In this document: piece by piece, positions 61,774 to 64,000 of the stretch
How positions within the stretch are numbered: the first letter of the stretch is position 1
Layout of the letters: every line of letters begins with the position of its first letter
Source of the DNA: Eledone cirrhosa
Lineage: Eukaryota
DNA: 64,000 nucleotides
Direction: 5' to 3'
Assembly (NCBI GenBank): GCA_964016885.1
Contig: OZ024743.1
Span: 361,646,001-361,710,000 of the forward strand
Notes under the pieces: model-generated
Told to the model about the DNA's origin: nothing
Database searches by the model: none
The model's input: the letters and a program-made list of their open reading frames with translations, nothing else
Made by a program: the position numbers and the translations under genes

Positions 61774-62484
61774 TTTAGCACAGCATATGTTTATATAAAA
61801 TAAACATATGAAACAATCACAGTGTTTCATTTGTAAAGTGTGTAAGCACACACAGCTAGGTAGGTAACCAATTAAAGTTTAACTAGAACTTCAAATATAG
61901 ACCTTTTAAAAATGATTAATCTTCCTTGTATATATTTCATTAAAGAAATATATTTCACCATTAATCGGTAAATCACAGCAGTCATTACGGATTTTCAACA
62001 AGGGAGAAGATTTAACTATCTGCAAATGCAAATCTGCGAATGACCCGTAGAACGTGTTACATTTTCTTTAAAATACACACATCGTACCATCGTCATCCTA
62101 GTGGCGTGAATAGGATTATCGACAGCTAGAAATAGCAGCCGAGTCCTTTCAACTGAGTTAGCTCTACAATTAAGAGGCCGTATATATATCCAAAATTAAA
62201 TTGTTGAAAATCCGGGATTTGACTGCTGTGATTTAGTGATTAATGGTGAAATATATTTCTTTAATGAAACTTTAATTGGTTACCTACCTAGCTGTGTGTG
62301 CTTACACACTTTACAAATGATACCCTGTGATTGTTTTATATATTTGTTTTAGATATATAATATGTTAATCAATTTCTAGTTGATATAAATGCTCGGATCT
62401 ATTCATTCTAATCTTTGAACATATTCTACAGTGAATATGGTGCATGTCTCTCGGACATGACACTCTTAATTTAATTTTGTATAT
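61590..62484. repeat. Long imperfect inverted repeat (arms ~61590-62001 and ~62201-62484, ~200-bp spacer) associated with (TA)n
   Basis: For example AAAGTGTGTAAGCACACACAGCTAGGTAGGTAACCAATTAAAGTTT against AAACTTTAATTGGTTACCTACCTAGCTGTGTGTGCTTACACACTTT. The left arm has an expanded (TA)n and a ~55-bp extra segment. Confidence 0.92.
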
Positions 62485-63062
62485 GTATATATATACAAAT
62501 ACGCACATTTATATATGTACTTACACACACGTATATATATATGGGCCTTCCAGTTTAATTTCACATTATATAGATGTCTGTGTATATTTACTCATTTAAA
62601 AATTATGTTTAGGTGAACATTATTTTTTTTTTATATTTTTAAGTGAACGGGTGGTCTAGTTTATTATAAATACTAGCAGAAAAACCACTCATCGGGTGGT
62701 TTTCTGCTGGCATGTGTAGTGTGTATATTGATATTATACGCAGGTATATATACATGTAGATATGATACATCAAATAAAATTGTAATTGACAATATATAAT
62801 ACATAGAAATTGAACGAAGACTGTGTTACACTGTCTTATTTAATCAGTAACGTAATCCATGATACATTAGAAAAGACGATATTATATATAAACTGCATTA
62901 GGAGAAAATGAGTATGTTTATTTAAGCGATGGCCAACCGGAGGTGTTGACATTTCAGAAATTTTAAAGAAGTGAATCTTTAAATAAACAAAATATATTTA
63001 ATCAACAGCCACGAAATTTAGTAGATCAATTATGTAATATTCATTCATTATTTATTCAAAGT

Positions 63063-63250
63063 AAGAGGTTAACGTTGCCTTTCATACTTACGGGATCGAA
63101 AGTACCAGTAATACACTGGGATAATTGCTGGCCTTGTGCCAAAAGTATAAACAATTATTTATTCAAAGTGATCCAACTTATTTTACTAAAGGGATAAACA
63201 AATTATAAACCGTACGCAGTCCCGCGCTCTTTATTTTATTATAGTTTAGA
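63063..63250 (+). mobile_element. Head-less SINE plus ~95-bp 3' extension shared with 6141-6235
   Basis: GCCTTTCATACTTACGGGATCG...GTACCAGTAAT...GGCCTTGTGCC, then TATTCAAA...ATCCAACTTATTTTACTAA...TTTATTATAGTTTAGA. Confidence 0.75.
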
Positions 63251-63574
63251 TGAGCCACAGAAACCTGCCATCGGTATATTTTCTAGAAGGGAAATTTCTA
63301 GATACTTCTCCATGGGCCCCTCTGTGTTTCATGTTTGTTTATGCTTGAGGATATGAAAATAAAGGAGTTTTTTGCACATTTATAGATGTGCAAATATCTC
63401 TAACACTCAGTGATTTAATTTGTGGGAATGTACTTCCTTAAAAGAACCTCCGTCGGTTTCAATGAGGTTTGGTCCTGATTCAATGTGTCACTGGGCGTAA
63501 CATCGCCGGCCATTTGAATTACCGGTACAGTCCATCCGACGGGCTACGAAATAGTTCCAATCAACACATCATGG

Positions 63575-63680
63575 GTCGACCTGAGATTATTGTAATTGAC
63601 ACTTAGCCAAGATGTCACGCAATCGGACCGAACCCGGAGCGCAATGACTGAGAAGCCAAATGCTTAATCATTGAGCTATG
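63575..63680 (-). mobile_element. Degraded head of the second SINE family
   Basis: Minus strand TAGCTCAATGATTAAGCATT...CCGGGTTCGGTCC...GTGACATCTTGG gives tRNA-like A and B boxes. Confidence 0.5.
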
Positions 63681-64000
63681 GTGCGTCTACACTTCCGTGT
63701 ATAATCATTCTATGTCTGTAACTACTTATGCAGATACACTCACGCACACCCATATATAAATGTATAAGTATACAATATGTAGTAGCAGCTGTCATTGAAA
63801 CTTTAAATCCTTCCTTTTCGTGATACTGACATAAGAGTAAAGACTATCTTCACCTCAATCAATTTGTTGAAAATAAAATCATTGGGTGAGGCAAAGAGAG
63901 TCAGTTATTTCGGTTTTATGTCATTTCATTGAAAGTATTTAAGGTTGTGATTAAATGTAGAAGAGAGTTGCTGGTGACCAATTCGATAAGATACAGTAAT

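Overview
A eukaryotic, repeat-saturated 64-kb window with no recognisable host gene. The SINE families and (TA)n/(GT)n/(GATA)n/(TAA)n content suggest an octopus or other mollusc (inference). About half of it is stacked Tx1/L1-group non-LTR retrotransposons (APE-RT-CCHC ORF2, zinc-knuckle ORF1) in three same-orientation piles: 6.5-16.5 kb (+), 28.8-41.9 kb (-) and 52.5-60.5 kb (-). One group ends in or sits in (TAA)n and another in (GATA)n. One (GATA)n element is full length (52526-57993) with an intact 1145-aa ORF2, a ~24-bp target-site duplication and a single homopolymer frameshift in ORF1. Also present are two Penelope-like remnants, RTE- and R4/Dong-like fragments, a Chapaev3-like DNA transposon with TIRs and a TTA duplication, and tRNA-type SINEs. 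The ORF track does not show the most striking signal: at least seven type I hammerhead-ribozyme motifs in two families. Three lie in a non-coding ~479-nt tandem/inverted unit punctuated by (TA)n (retrozyme-like or Penelope pLTR-like). Several fold-back inverted repeats are anchored on (TA)n. All calls are by eye; boundaries of degraded elements are approximate and family names need database confirmation.
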